A stretch of DNA of 64,000 nucleotides, from contig CANQTE010000001.1 of NCBI GenBank assembly GCA_947626695.1, positions 14-64,013 on the forward strand. Direction: 5' to 3'. The stretch comes from an uncultured Bacilli bacterium. GTDB taxonomy: Bacteria; Bacillota_I; Bacilli_A; RF39; UBA660. Below the pieces are notes generated by a model, which did not search any database, had not been told where the DNA came from, and saw only the letters and a list, made by a program, of their open reading frames with translations. Each line of letters opens with the position of its first letter. The first letter of the stretch is position 1. Positions 40,295-49,884 of this stretch are shown here, piece after piece. Position numbers and translations under genes: made by a program.

Positions 40295-41376
40295 TGAAAA
40301 AAATACTATTTATATTAATATTACCAATTTTATTAGGTGGTTGTTATGATTATAATGAACTTAACGATTTAGCTTTAATTTCTGGAATAGGAATAGATTT
40401 TAAAGATAATAAATATGAAGTTACTTTTGAAGTATTAAGTACTAAAAAACAAGGAGAAAGTGCTGGTATCACTAAAACTTATACTGTTAGTGCTATGGGA
40501 AGTAATATTCCAGAAGCTTTTATGAATAATGGTAATAATTTAGATAAAGTTCCCTATTATGACCATGTTGAAGTTGTTGTAATTAGTGAAGATGTTGCTA
40601 AAAATCATTTAGAAGATGTTGCAGAATATATTATTAGAAGTTCTAAATTTCGAAATGAAGTTTATTTAAGTATTGCTAAAAATACAAGTGCTTCTAATTT
40701 ACTCAAAACTACTAGTGAAGATAATCCTGTTGCAAGTACTTTTATAGTTAATTTATTAAATAATAGTAATACTTCTTCTAGTGCAGGCTATTATACTCCT
40801 TTTACAAAATTTTTAAATAAAGTTTTAACTGATGGCGAAGATGCCTTAGCTCCCGTATTTAAAATTCAAGATGAAAAAATTGTTTTAGATGGTATTGGAA
40901 CCTTTAAAGATTTTAAATTAGTTGCTACTTTTAATAATCATGATTCTTCTATTATAAATTTAATTAATAATTTTAAAGCTAAAACAGTAGTATTTTCTAA
41001 AAGTTGTGGGGAAAATAAAACTGTTTTAAGTATATATGATTCTGATATTAAAATACAAGCTTATAAAGATTATGTTAAAATAAGTGGTATGTTAAATGGA
41101 AGAATAAATGCTGATTCATGTGGGTATAATATGAGAAGTATTGATACTTATAAAACCCTTGAAAAAGAATTTAATACTATAATTGAAAAAGAAATAGATA
41201 AAATAATTAATAATTTTAAAGAAATAAAGTCTAATGCTTTTAGTATAGGTAAAATTTATTATAATAAATATCGCGATAAAAATGTGTTTTTATGGACCAA
41301 TCAAGAATTTAAATATGATATAGACTTAAAAATAAATAAGAAAGGATTAATATTTGAGGTGGAAGATGAAAAATAA
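40294..41376 (+). CDS. Spore germination receptor C subunit (lipoprotein)
   Basis: Lipobox LLGGC followed by DYNELNDLALISGIGID, typical of Ger(x)C. Confidence 0.75.
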   Translation: MKKILFILILPILLGGCYDYNELNDLALISGIGIDFKDNKYEVTFEVLSTKKQGESAGITKTYTVSAMGSNIPEAFMNNGNNLDKVPYYDHVEVVVISEDVAKNHLEDVAEYIIRSSKFRNEVYLSIAKNTSASNLLKTTSEDNPVASTFIVNLLNNSNTSSSAGYYTPFTKFLNKVLTDGEDALAPVFKIQDEKIVLDGIGTFKDFKLVATFNNHDSSIINLINNFKAKTVVFSKSCGENKTVLSIYDSDIKIQAYKDYVKISGMLNGRINADSCGYNMRSIDTYKTLEKEFNTIIEKEIDKIINNFKEIKSNAFSIGKIYYNKYRDKNVFLWTNQEFKYDIDLKINKKGLIFEVEDEK

Positions 41377-42367
41377 TATTGGTATTGCCTATTTCTTAAC
41401 TAGAAGTTTATTTTTAGGTTTTGGTATTTCATTGCTTTTTTATCAAAGTGGAAAAGATGCTTATTTTGGGGCTATATTAGGACTTTTTTTAGGCTTAATA
41501 ATAATCTATTTTTATTCTGATATAAAAAGTAAAAGCTTAAATGATTTATATAATATGGGATTAATGGGTAAAATAGCAAGAATATTAATGTTTATTATAA
41601 GTTATATAATATTAATTTATACTTTAGTTTTATATTGTTTATTTGTTATTAGTTTTTTACTTGTAAATAGTACTATATTATATGTTATTATTCCTTTTGT
41701 AATAATAGGTTTTTATCTAGCAAGTAAAGAAATAACAATAATTAGTAGAGTTGCAAATATTTTAATGCCTATAAGTGTTTTATTTAGTATTATTATTTTA
41801 TTTGGCTTAGGAAGTTTTTTTGAGACAACTAATTTTTTACCTATTCTAACTAATAGTCCTAAAAGTTTTTTTATGACGGCTTTTACTTTTGCCGGGATAA
41901 GTTCTTTTCCTAATATTTTAACCCTCCATTTAAATGATACTAAAAATAATATGAAAGGTTATATTTTAGCTAGTATTTTAATAATAATTTGTATTATATG
42001 TATCAATGGTGTTTTTGGTGAGAGTTTAACTAAAATATTTAGATTTCCTGAATATATGGTATTAAAACAAATACAAGTATTTAAATTTATAGAAAAAGTT
42101 GAAAATATATTCTCTAATATTTGGATTTTTGATTTATTTATAACTTCTGTCATGGCTATATATTCCATTAGAAAAACATTAAACTTTAAAAATAATAAAT
42201 TAGTTACTGTTTTAATACTTATTTTAACAGTCACTTTAATAAATAAAATATTAGTCCCAAACTATATAAATGAACTAAAACTCTATTATATACTTCCCCC
42301 TTTATCTCTTATTCTTTCTCTTATTACAATTTGTCTATTTAAGTATTTAATAAAAAAGAATCAATAA
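41354..42367 (+). CDS. Spore germination receptor B subunit (APC-like membrane protein)
   Basis: About 10 TM segments. It is the third gene of the ger operon. Confidence 0.7.
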   Translation: MRWKMKNNIGIAYFLTRSLFLGFGISLLFYQSGKDAYFGAILGLFLGLIIIYFYSDIKSKSLNDLYNMGLMGKIARILMFIISYIILIYTLVLYCLFVISFLLVNSTILYVIIPFVIIGFYLASKEITIISRVANILMPISVLFSIIILFGLGSFFETTNFLPILTNSPKSFFMTAFTFAGISSFPNILTLHLNDTKNNMKGYILASILIIICIICINGVFGESLTKIFRFPEYMVLKQIQVFKFIEKVENIFSNIWIFDLFITSVMAIYSIRKTLNFKNNKLVTVLILILTVTLINKILVPNYINELKLYYILPPLSLILSLITICLFKYLIKKNQ

Positions 42368-42938
42368 TATAATAAACATCAGAATATATAAATTTATCTT
42401 TTTTAGTTAGAGCATATAAAAATATTTCAATATTATTCTTTTTAAAATAAGATAACATAAGAGGAGTTGCAACATCATAAATTAAACCAATAAAATCATA
42501 ATTATAAGTAGGAGTACTATTTAAAACATAATTAAGAACCCCTATTTTAAAGGAAGGATTATGAAAACTTGCAATAACTCTATTAAAAAAACTCATAACA
42601 TATATATTTTTATTTTTATATTTATTTAATAATTTAGTAAATTTATTTATATCTATATTAATATCTTTTATTTCAATTAAAATTATTTTATCAGTATCAA
42701 GTTTTAAGACTTCTTCTAATTTAACTATTCCTTTATTTTTTAATTCTTTATAATTATATTTCCAAATAAATTTGCCTTTTATAACAGGATTATGATTAAC
42801 CACAAACTCTTTATCTTTAGTTGTATATACATCTAGTTCAAAACCAGCATATGATGGGTTATTTATGGCACCTAAAAAGGCTGGAATGGTATTTTCTTTT
42901 TGAATTTTATTTACTATACCTCGATGAGCTATAAACAT
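42339..42938 (-). CDS. Glycerophosphodiester phosphodiesterase family protein
   Basis: HRG...ENT(IPAF)...ELDVY...HN match the GDPD catalytic motifs. Confidence 0.7.
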   Translation of the reverse strand: MFIAHRGIVNKIQKENTIPAFLGAINNPSYAGFELDVYTTKDKEFVVNHNPVIKGKFIWKYNYKELKNKGIVKLEEVLKLDTDKIILIEIKDINIDINKFTKLLNKYKNKNIYVMSFFNRVIASFHNPSFKIGVLNYVLNSTPTYNYDFIGLIYDVATPLMLSYFKKNNIEIFLYALTKKDKFIYSDVYYIIDSFLLNT

Positions 42939-43040
42939 GATATCACCTCTTTAATTATATGAAAATAAAGAGAAAAAAAGTTTAAATAATACGTAATAAA
43001 TGGTATAATTTAGATAGATAAAAATTATGGAGAAACATAA

Positions 43041-43760
43041 ATGAATATTAAAAATATTAAAAATGCATTAACTAATTTATCAGGAAATTTATATCACAGA
43101 ACTCAAATAGATTTTGCATATCATACTAATTATATTGAAGGTTCTACTATTACCCCAAGTGAGGCTCAAAATATCTATGATACAGGAACTATTTTAACTA
43201 GTAAAGATAAAGTTATTGTTTTAAAAGATGTAACTGAAATCAAAAACCATTTTACTTTATTTAAATACATGTTAGATACCATAGACGAAGAATTATCCGA
43301 AGATTTAATTAAAAAATTTCATTTTATCTTAAAAGATGGCACTTTAACGGATGTTGAAAAAACTTGGGTTAATATAGGGGAATATAAATCAAAAAAGAAC
43401 TTTGTAGGTAATATTACTACTTCACTTCCTAAAGATGTTAAAAAAGATATGGAAAATTTACTAGACTGGTACTCTAAAATTCCTAAAAAAAGCATTTTAG
43501 ATATAATAGAATTTCATGTTAGATTTGAACACATTCACCCTTTTCAAGATGGTAATGGTCGTATAGGAAGAATAATCATGTTTAGAGAGTGTTTAAACAA
43601 TGATATAATGCCATTTTTTATTGAAGATAGAAATAAAGATTTCTATATCAGAGGAATTAAAGAATATCAAAATAACAACGAAAAAGGTTATTTAATTGAT
43701 ACTTGTTTAAATAGTCAAGATAACTATGAAAAACTAGTAAAATATTTCTTAGAAGATTAA
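43041..43760 (+). CDS. Fic family protein
   Basis: Fic motif HPFQDGNGRIGR. Confidence 0.85.
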   Translation: MNIKNIKNALTNLSGNLYHRTQIDFAYHTNYIEGSTITPSEAQNIYDTGTILTSKDKVIVLKDVTEIKNHFTLFKYMLDTIDEELSEDLIKKFHFILKDGTLTDVEKTWVNIGEYKSKKNFVGNITTSLPKDVKKDMENLLDWYSKIPKKSILDIIEFHVRFEHIHPFQDGNGRIGRIIMFRECLNNDIMPFFIEDRNKDFYIRGIKEYQNNNEKGYLIDTCLNSQDNYEKLVKYFLED

Positions 43761-43811
43761 TTCTAATAAAAACTAAATCATTTTAATCACACTCCTAATC
43801 ATAATAAATAA

Positions 43812-44162
43812 TTATTTTAAATTAAACATACCATTATATTTATTTATTATTTTTTCTAGATTTACTTCTATCTTTTTTAAATCATTATTAAGTCTTTTAT
43901 GTTCTTTTTCTGTTTTATAATCTTTAATTTCTAAAGCATACATAATATACCTACTAGCAGCGATTGTAAGAAGTGACTTAGCAATCTCTCCCATACCAAT
44001 ATTTCTAAATTTTTTTCTCCAATATTTATACGCTAAATAAGCATTAAAATACCAATAGTGGACATCAAGTATCGAATCATAATACGTATCTACTAGCTCC
44101 ATTTCTTCTTTCTTATAGCATATAAAATATACTTCTACATTTTCTGACTTATCATTATACAT
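43812..44162 (-). CDS. hypothetical protein
   Basis: ORF only. Confidence 0.3.
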   Translation of the reverse strand: MYNDKSENVEVYFICYKKEEMELVDTYYDSILDVHYWYFNAYLAYKYWRKKFRNIGMGEIAKSLLTIAASRYIMYALEIKDYKTEKEHKRLNNDLKKIEVNLEKIINKYNGMFNLK

Positions 44163-44230
44163 AAGTTCGCCTCTTTTCTATGCTATAATCATAATACAAA
44201 ATTATTGATATGTCAAATTGCAGATTTTCG

Positions 44231-44314
44231 AAGATTCACCGACGAATCTTTAAAATTGATGCGCCAATCTTAAAGATTGATTAACCAAACGTGAAGATTG
44301 ATGCACCAATCTTC
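44231..44314. promoter_or_regulatory. Array of three related palindromes built on AAGATTG/CAATCTT upstream of rpn
   Basis: aagattc-accgac-gaatctt (44231-44250), caatctt-a-aagattg (44265-44279) and gaagattg-atgcac-caatcttc (44293-44314). Confidence 0.45.
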
Positions 44315-44421
44315 AAAATTTGCAAAATTTAATTTTTTTTAAATTTTTTTTCTTAGTATAAATAATTTTTTGCTTAAAATACTGATTTCCCCCATAGAAC
44401 GACAAATTTCGCACTTTCTTT

Positions 44422-45351
44422 GTGTTATTATATGCCCTCGAAAGGAGGAAATTCATGAAAATGAAAGAAAAAGTCTTTTTAAAGTTAAGTGATGATTTAC
44501 TATTTAAGGAAGCTTTTGCTCACCCAGATAATCGAGATATACTTATTTACTTTTTATCATGTTTTACTGACTTTACTAAAGAATATTTAGAAAGTGTAGA
44601 TATAAAAGTAGAATATGAAAGTGTTTTAACTAAAACAAAAAGTAACGATAGGTCTGTTCGAGGTGACGTCATAATCAAGTTTGATGGGCATATAATAAAT
44701 TTAGAAGCTTATTCTTCATTTGATAGAAATTCTTTTGATAAATCTATGTATTATATTATGAGAATATTCTCGACTCGAACTAATCGAGGAAAGAAAAGTT
44801 ATAAAAAACTAGAGAAAGTAATTCAAATAAATATAGTAGACGATGTAACACCAAAAGATTTAATCGAAAAAATGGTAGAAAATACTATGTCAGTAAAAGA
44901 TGCTAAAAATAATGAAATATATTCAGATATATTTCAAATAAAATATTATAGGCTTGACACCTTGAAAAAAATGGTATATGATAAAAACAACTTAAAACAA
45001 AGATGGCTTAAATTTATTTGTGCAAAAACTGCCGAGGAAAGAAAGACAATAGCTAAAGGAGATGAATTGTTAATGAAATTTGATAATTGGTGTGAAGAAT
45101 ATGTCAATGACGAGCAAACAAAAAAGATTTTTGCAGATTGGGCTGATTATATTGCCGAGAACAAAGGTATAAGAAAAGGAATTGACATGGGAATTGCTCA
45201 AGGTGCTTTAGAAAAAGCTTATGAGATAGCTAGAAATATGTATAATAAAAATATGAATATTAAAGATATCATGGCTATAACAGAACTTTCCAAAAAAGAT
45301 ATAGCTAAAGCAACAGGTTTATCTATGAAAGAAATACAAAGTTTAGCATAA
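44422..45351 (+). CDS. Rpn (YhgA-like) family PD-(D/E)xK recombination-promoting nuclease/putative transposase
   Basis: The N-terminus DLLFKEAFAHPDNRDILIYFL is typical of the TIGR01784-type family. The C-terminal helical domain reads GIRKGIDMGIAQG...ITELSKKDIAKATGLSMKEIQSLA. Confidence 0.65.
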   Translation: MLLYALERRKFMKMKEKVFLKLSDDLLFKEAFAHPDNRDILIYFLSCFTDFTKEYLESVDIKVEYESVLTKTKSNDRSVRGDVIIKFDGHIINLEAYSSFDRNSFDKSMYYIMRIFSTRTNRGKKSYKKLEKVIQINIVDDVTPKDLIEKMVENTMSVKDAKNNEIYSDIFQIKYYRLDTLKKMVYDKNNLKQRWLKFICAKTAEERKTIAKGDELLMKFDNWCEEYVNDEQTKKIFADWADYIAENKGIRKGIDMGIAQGALEKAYEIARNMYNKNMNIKDIMAITELSKKDIAKATGLSMKEIQSLA

Positions 45352-45365
45352 GTATTACTTATTAA

Positions 45366-45400
45366 AACAGATATTAAAAATTTAAAATATCTGTTTTTCT
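45366..45400 (+). terminator. Rho-independent terminator after rpn
   Basis: aacagatatt...aatatctgtt hairpin plus a T-run. Confidence 0.5.
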
Positions 45401-45513
45401 TTAATTTTAGAAATAGTATTATAAATATATTTCACATAGAATATTATTTTCTTGACATAGTAAGTAAAATAGTATATTATAAAATTGATTTATAATAAAG
45501 AAATGAGGTTATT

Positions 45514-45723
45514 ATGCAATCAAATAAACAGTGCGAAGAATATGTCAATGACGAACAAACAAAAAAGATATTTGCAGATTGGGCTGATTATGTTGCGGAG
45601 AATAAAGGTGCTTTAAAAAAAACTTATGAGATTGCCAAAAATATGTTAAATCTTAATATATCTAAAAAAGATATAGCTAAAGCAACAGGTTTATCTATGA
45701 AAGAAATTAAAAGTTTAGCTTAA
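45514..45723 (+). CDS. Stand-alone 69-aa copy of the Rpn C-terminal domain (RpnS-like small protein)
   Basis: CEEYVNDEQTKKIFADWADYVAENKG...KDIAKATGLSMKEIKSLA is ~90% identical to the Rpn C-terminus, with an internal ~20-aa deletion. It has its own RBS (gaggt), an upstream TTGACA-17-TATTAT promoter and a downstream terminator. Confidence 0.6.
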   Translation: MQSNKQCEEYVNDEQTKKIFADWADYVAENKGALKKTYEIAKNMLNLNISKKDIAKATGLSMKEIKSLA

Positions 45724-45738
45724 ATATTAATTATTAAA

Positions 45739-45772
45739 AACAGGTACTAAAAATTAAAATATCTGTTTTTTT
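45739..45772 (+). terminator. Terminator after the small rpn-C-domain gene (duplicated copy)
   Basis: aacag...ctgtt stem plus a T-run, homologous to 45366..45400. Confidence 0.4.
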
Positions 45773-45814
45773 ATTATATTTAAAATTGTATAAAAAAAGA
45801 TAACCTAAATTATC

Positions 45815-46444
45815 TTAACTTGCACCAGCCGCAGCTGTCTCATTAACTTCATTTATAACAAAAAGTCTTAAACTTACTTTTCCAGAAATTTCATCCGTAA
45901 CTTTACTTTCGTCAACCCAAACTTGTAATTTTTTACTAGTCGTTTTGGCACCAGCATTTAAATTTCCGCTTTCTATTTGATAACCCCAACATTTACTACC
46001 CGCCGTCGTACCTTTAGCAGCACAACCAGTATTTACAGCAGATGTAGTCGCATCTATAGCAACTCCAGAAGCAATCGATGTAAGCAACTGCGCATTTCCA
46101 CCACCAACAGAAATTTTAATCTTACCTAAATCAACCGCATTACTATCATCCGCATATAAATAAAGCTTATATGAACTTGGTAAATTACTACTTGTATTTT
46201 CTATTACATAAGATAGACCAGTACTTGATTTTCCAGTTGCATCATCCGAAACATCAACACTTCCAAGTGCGGTTACACCCGTAATATTTACTTTTAAAGT
46301 TCCCGCGGTTATAACCTGGTTATTTGCATTCTTCTTTACATCAAAAAATACAGCATAACTAACACCCATCGCAGCCATTGCAACTAAAACAACCGCTATT
46401 GCAATAATTGTAGTTTGTTTCTTGATAATATCCTTTACTTTCAT
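45815..46444 (-). CDS. TasA/camelysin-family secreted protein with a SipW-cognate-class signal peptide
   Basis: The N-terminal TM is followed by YAVFFD...ITAGTLKV, matching the AxFxD...AGTL pattern. The body is Gly/Ser/Thr-rich and beta-type. Confidence 0.5.
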   Translation of the reverse strand: MKVKDIIKKQTTIIAIAVVLVAMAAMGVSYAVFFDVKKNANNQVITAGTLKVNITGVTALGSVDVSDDATGKSSTGLSYVIENTSSNLPSSYKLYLYADDSNAVDLGKIKISVGGGNAQLLTSIASGVAIDATTSAVNTGCAAKGTTAGSKCWGYQIESGNLNAGAKTTSKKLQVWVDESKVTDEISGKVSLRLFVINEVNETAAAGAS

Positions 46445-46511
46445 ATACTATCACCATATTATTATAATACCATAAAAGACTAATAATTAAAAGATAATTT
46501 TCTCATTTTAT

Positions 46512-46973
46512 TTAAAAATTAACATTTTCTTCAAAAATATAAGCATAATTAGTTGTTTTTCCATATAAATTAGGTGTAATATCATAGTGTAAAACTTCGT
46601 CAGTAATATAATCTGCTACTATTGTAAAGTAATAGTTATTTTCTCTTTTTTCTTTATTAAATTCATTTAACCCATAACTTTTATCATTAATAATTAAACT
46701 AGATTTACCAATATTGACATTTTTATCTACTCTTAAAGTTATTCTAAAACTTTTATTTACTCCATACTGATTTGTAATAATTAAAATTTCCCCTTTTTCT
46801 TTACTTTCTATATCAAAATCTAAATGTAAATCATCAACAGTCATTACCTCTGCACTACTAAGTATTTTTCCAAAAGTATTCCATACAGGAATTGATATTA
46901 TAAGTAAACTTAAAGCTATTATTATTTCAATAATTTTTCCCCTGATAAGTGCCTCAACCATAAAAACCTCCAC
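46512..46973 (-). CDS. hypothetical membrane-anchored protein adjacent to the TasA-like gene
   Basis: N-terminal TM; no signal-peptidase motifs seen. Confidence 0.3.
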   Translation of the reverse strand: MEVFMVEALIRGKIIEIIIALSLLIISIPVWNTFGKILSSAEVMTVDDLHLDFDIESKEKGEILIITNQYGVNKSFRITLRVDKNVNIGKSSLIINDKSYGLNEFNKEKRENNYYFTIVADYITDEVLHYDITPNLYGKTTNYAYIFEENVNF

Positions 46974-47012
46974 AATTTAGGATGTATTATAGCAAAACTT
47001 ATCTTTAAAGTC

Positions 47013-47055
47013 AAATAATTTACATAAAAACATCACTTACCTTTTTAAGTAAATG
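47013..47055 (-). terminator. Terminator downstream of leuS
   Basis: catcacttacc...gtaaatgatg hairpin followed by a T-run on the minus strand. Confidence 0.4.
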
Positions 47056-47067
47056 ATGTAATATTTT

Positions 47068-49884
47068 TTATTTAACAACAATATTTACTATTTTACCTTT
47101 AATAACTATTATTTTAACTATTTCTTTTCCTGTTATATATTTTTTTACATTTTCATTTTCTAAAGCTTTATTTTTAATACTTTCTTCATCTTCATTTATA
47201 GAAATAGTTACTTCCCCTCGAAGTTTACCATTTACTTGAACACCAATAGTTACTTCATTATCAACAGTTTTTTCTTCGTCATATTTAGGCCAAGATAGCT
47301 CTGCAATAGGTTTATAGCCTAATTCTTCATTTAATTCTTCCGTAATATGAGGAGCAATAGGATTTAATAAAATAAGTAATACTTGATAATCTTTTTTAGT
47401 TATTTCTTTTTTATCTTCATAGTTATTTGCTAAAATCATTAAACTAGATACTGCTGTATTATATTTCATTGTAGATAAATCATTAGTTACTTTTTTAATA
47501 GTTTTATGAATAATATTTTCTAAATCTTTAGAATATTCTTCACTTTGATTAACTTTATCTTTAAGTTTAATTATTCTATCTAAAAATCTCCTACAACCTT
47601 TAAGACCTTCATTACTCCATGGAATATCTTTTTCATAATCTCCCATAAACATTTCAAATAATCTTAAAGTATCTGCCCCATATTTATTTACAACATCAAC
47701 TGGATTAATTCCATTTCCTTTAGATTTACTTATTTTAGTTCCATCTTCCGCTAAAACCATACCATGAGCAACTCTCTTTTTAAATGGCTCTTTAGTAGGT
47801 ACTAAGCCTTGGTCATAAAGAAATTGATGCCAAAATCTCGCATAAAGTAAATGGCGAGTGGCGTGCTCCATACCACCATTATAATAATCAACCATACCCC
47901 AGTATTTAAGAGCATCTTTTCCCACAAACTCTTTATCATTATGAGGGTCCATATATCTTAACCAATACCAACTAGAACCAGCCCAATTAGGCATTGTATC
48001 TGTTTCTCTTTTCGCAGGTTTACCACATTTAGGACATGGAGTATTTACCCAATCTGTAATATTTGCAAGTGGGGATTCTCCTGTATCAGTAGGCTCATAA
48101 TGAGCAACAGTTGGTAATAATACAGGAAGTTTGTTTTCTGGAACAGGAACCCAACCACAAGTATCGCAATAAATCATAGGAATAGGTTCACCCCAGAATC
48201 TTTGACGAGAGAATATCCAATCTTGTAAACGATAATTAGTTGTTTTCTTACCAACATGATTTGCTTCTAAAAATTCTAACATTTTTTTAATTGCATCTTC
48301 TTTATTAAGACCATTTAGAAATTCAGAATTAATATGTTTACCATCACCAATCATAGCACCAGGATTTAGAGCATATAGATAAGTTTTCGCGTGAAGTTCA
48401 TCTTTAACTTCTTCTAATATAGTTTTTTTATCTACCCATTCACAATCAAATTTTTCATCATCATCTAGATTTTTAGAATCTTGTTCATAATTATCTAATT
48501 CAAAATATAGTCCTGTTGAATTAATATCAAAATATTTATCTTTATTATAAGCATAATAATGATGTTCAATAATTGGTAAAGTATATTTTAATGTTAAATT
48601 TTTATAACCTGTTTCTTCTTTTATTTCCCGTATAGCACAGTCTAAAGGACTTTCATTTTCTTTTATTGTTCCTCCAATAAATAAGCGTCCTCCTAATTCA
48701 TGCCAGTTAAGAGTTAAATATTTATCTTCTTTTTTATCATAGACAATAGCAACGATAGAATTTTTTTTGATTTCGTGCGTTTTAGGAGTACCTGTTTCTT
48801 CTGCTAGAACTTGAATAATTGGTATATTAAATTTCTTAGCAAAAGCATAATCTCGCTCATCATGAGCTGGAACAGCCATGATAGCACCAGTTCCATAACT
48901 TGCTAAAACATAATCACTTATCCATATTTCTATTTCTTTATTATTTACAGGATTAATAGCTACAAGTCCTTCTAATTTAACACCTGTTTTATCTTTAGTT
49001 ATATCTGTTCTTTCAATATCACTTTTTTCTTTAGCTTTTTCTTGATAAATATTTACTTCTTTAATATTTTTAATTTTATCTTTATATTTTTCTAAAAAAG
49101 GGTGTTCTGGAGACATAACCATAAAAGTTGCTCCAAATAAAGTATCACATCTTGTTGTAAATACTTTTAAGACATCTTCTGTTCCTTTAAGTTTAAAATC
49201 TACTTCAGCACCAATGCTTTTACCTATCCAATTTATTTGAGCAGTTTTAATTTTTTCTTCAAATTCTGTATCTTTAAGACCATCAAGTAACCTTTCAGCA
49301 TAATCACTCATTCTAAGTATCCATTGTGATTTTAACTTTTTAGTTACTTTAGAGCCACATCTTTCACATACTCCTCCAGCAGCATCTTCATTTGAAAGAC
49401 CTGTTTTACAATTAGGACACCAATTTATTTCTTTTTCACCTTTATAGGCCATACCTTTTTTATAAAATTGTAAAAATTGCCATTGGGTCCATTTATAATA
49501 TTCAGGGTCTGTTGTAGAAAATTCTCTTGACCAATCAAAGGACATACCTAAAGATTTTATTTGTCCTTTAAAAGTTTTAATATTTTCTCTTACAGCATCC
49601 TCAGGATAAATATGATTTTTTATGGCATATTGTTCTGCTGGAGCCCCAAAAGCATCCCAACCCATAGGAAATAAAACATTATAGCCTTGTAACCTTTTCA
49701 TTCTTGCCATGGCATCTAATGCGGAATAACTCCTAACATGACCAACATGTAAGCCAGAACCACTAGGATATGGAAACTCTACTAAAATATAATACTTTTC
49801 TTTAGTTCCTCCATTTTGAGCTTCAAAATAATGATTTTCTTCCCATTTTTTTTGCCATTTCTTTTCAATTTCAATATTATTCAT
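47068..49884 (-). CDS. leuS: Leucyl-tRNA synthetase carrying an inserted Nudix hydrolase domain
   Basis: HVGH class-I motif, editing-domain motifs (AVPAHDERDYAFAKK) and KMSKS-region equivalents are all present. At 938 aa it is ~130 aa longer than typical bacterial LeuS, because of an insertion carrying a complete Nudix box. Confidence 0.9.
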   Translation of the reverse strand: MNNIEIEKKWQKKWEENHYFEAQNGGTKEKYYILVEFPYPSGSGLHVGHVRSYSALDAMARMKRLQGYNVLFPMGWDAFGAPAEQYAIKNHIYPEDAVRENIKTFKGQIKSLGMSFDWSREFSTTDPEYYKWTQWQFLQFYKKGMAYKGEKEINWCPNCKTGLSNEDAAGGVCERCGSKVTKKLKSQWILRMSDYAERLLDGLKDTEFEEKIKTAQINWIGKSIGAEVDFKLKGTEDVLKVFTTRCDTLFGATFMVMSPEHPFLEKYKDKIKNIKEVNIYQEKAKEKSDIERTDITKDKTGVKLEGLVAINPVNNKEIEIWISDYVLASYGTGAIMAVPAHDERDYAFAKKFNIPIIQVLAEETGTPKTHEIKKNSIVAIVYDKKEDKYLTLNWHELGGRLFIGGTIKENESPLDCAIREIKEETGYKNLTLKYTLPIIEHHYYAYNKDKYFDINSTGLYFELDNYEQDSKNLDDDEKFDCEWVDKKTILEEVKDELHAKTYLYALNPGAMIGDGKHINSEFLNGLNKEDAIKKMLEFLEANHVGKKTTNYRLQDWIFSRQRFWGEPIPMIYCDTCGWVPVPENKLPVLLPTVAHYEPTDTGESPLANITDWVNTPCPKCGKPAKRETDTMPNWAGSSWYWLRYMDPHNDKEFVGKDALKYWGMVDYYNGGMEHATRHLLYARFWHQFLYDQGLVPTKEPFKKRVAHGMVLAEDGTKISKSKGNGINPVDVVNKYGADTLRLFEMFMGDYEKDIPWSNEGLKGCRRFLDRIIKLKDKVNQSEEYSKDLENIIHKTIKKVTNDLSTMKYNTAVSSLMILANNYEDKKEITKKDYQVLLILLNPIAPHITEELNEELGYKPIAELSWPKYDEEKTVDNEVTIGVQVNGKLRGEVTISINEDEESIKNKALENENVKKYITGKEIVKIIVIKGKIVNIVVK
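48361..48801 (-). other. Nudix hydrolase domain inserted in the LeuS editing-domain region (residues ~362-508)
   Basis: GGTIKENESPLDCAIREIKEETGY fits the Nudix box GX5EX7REUXEEXGU exactly. The insert lies between ...NIPIIQV and GDGKHINSEFLNGL, which are contiguous in ordinary LeuS. Confidence 0.7.
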
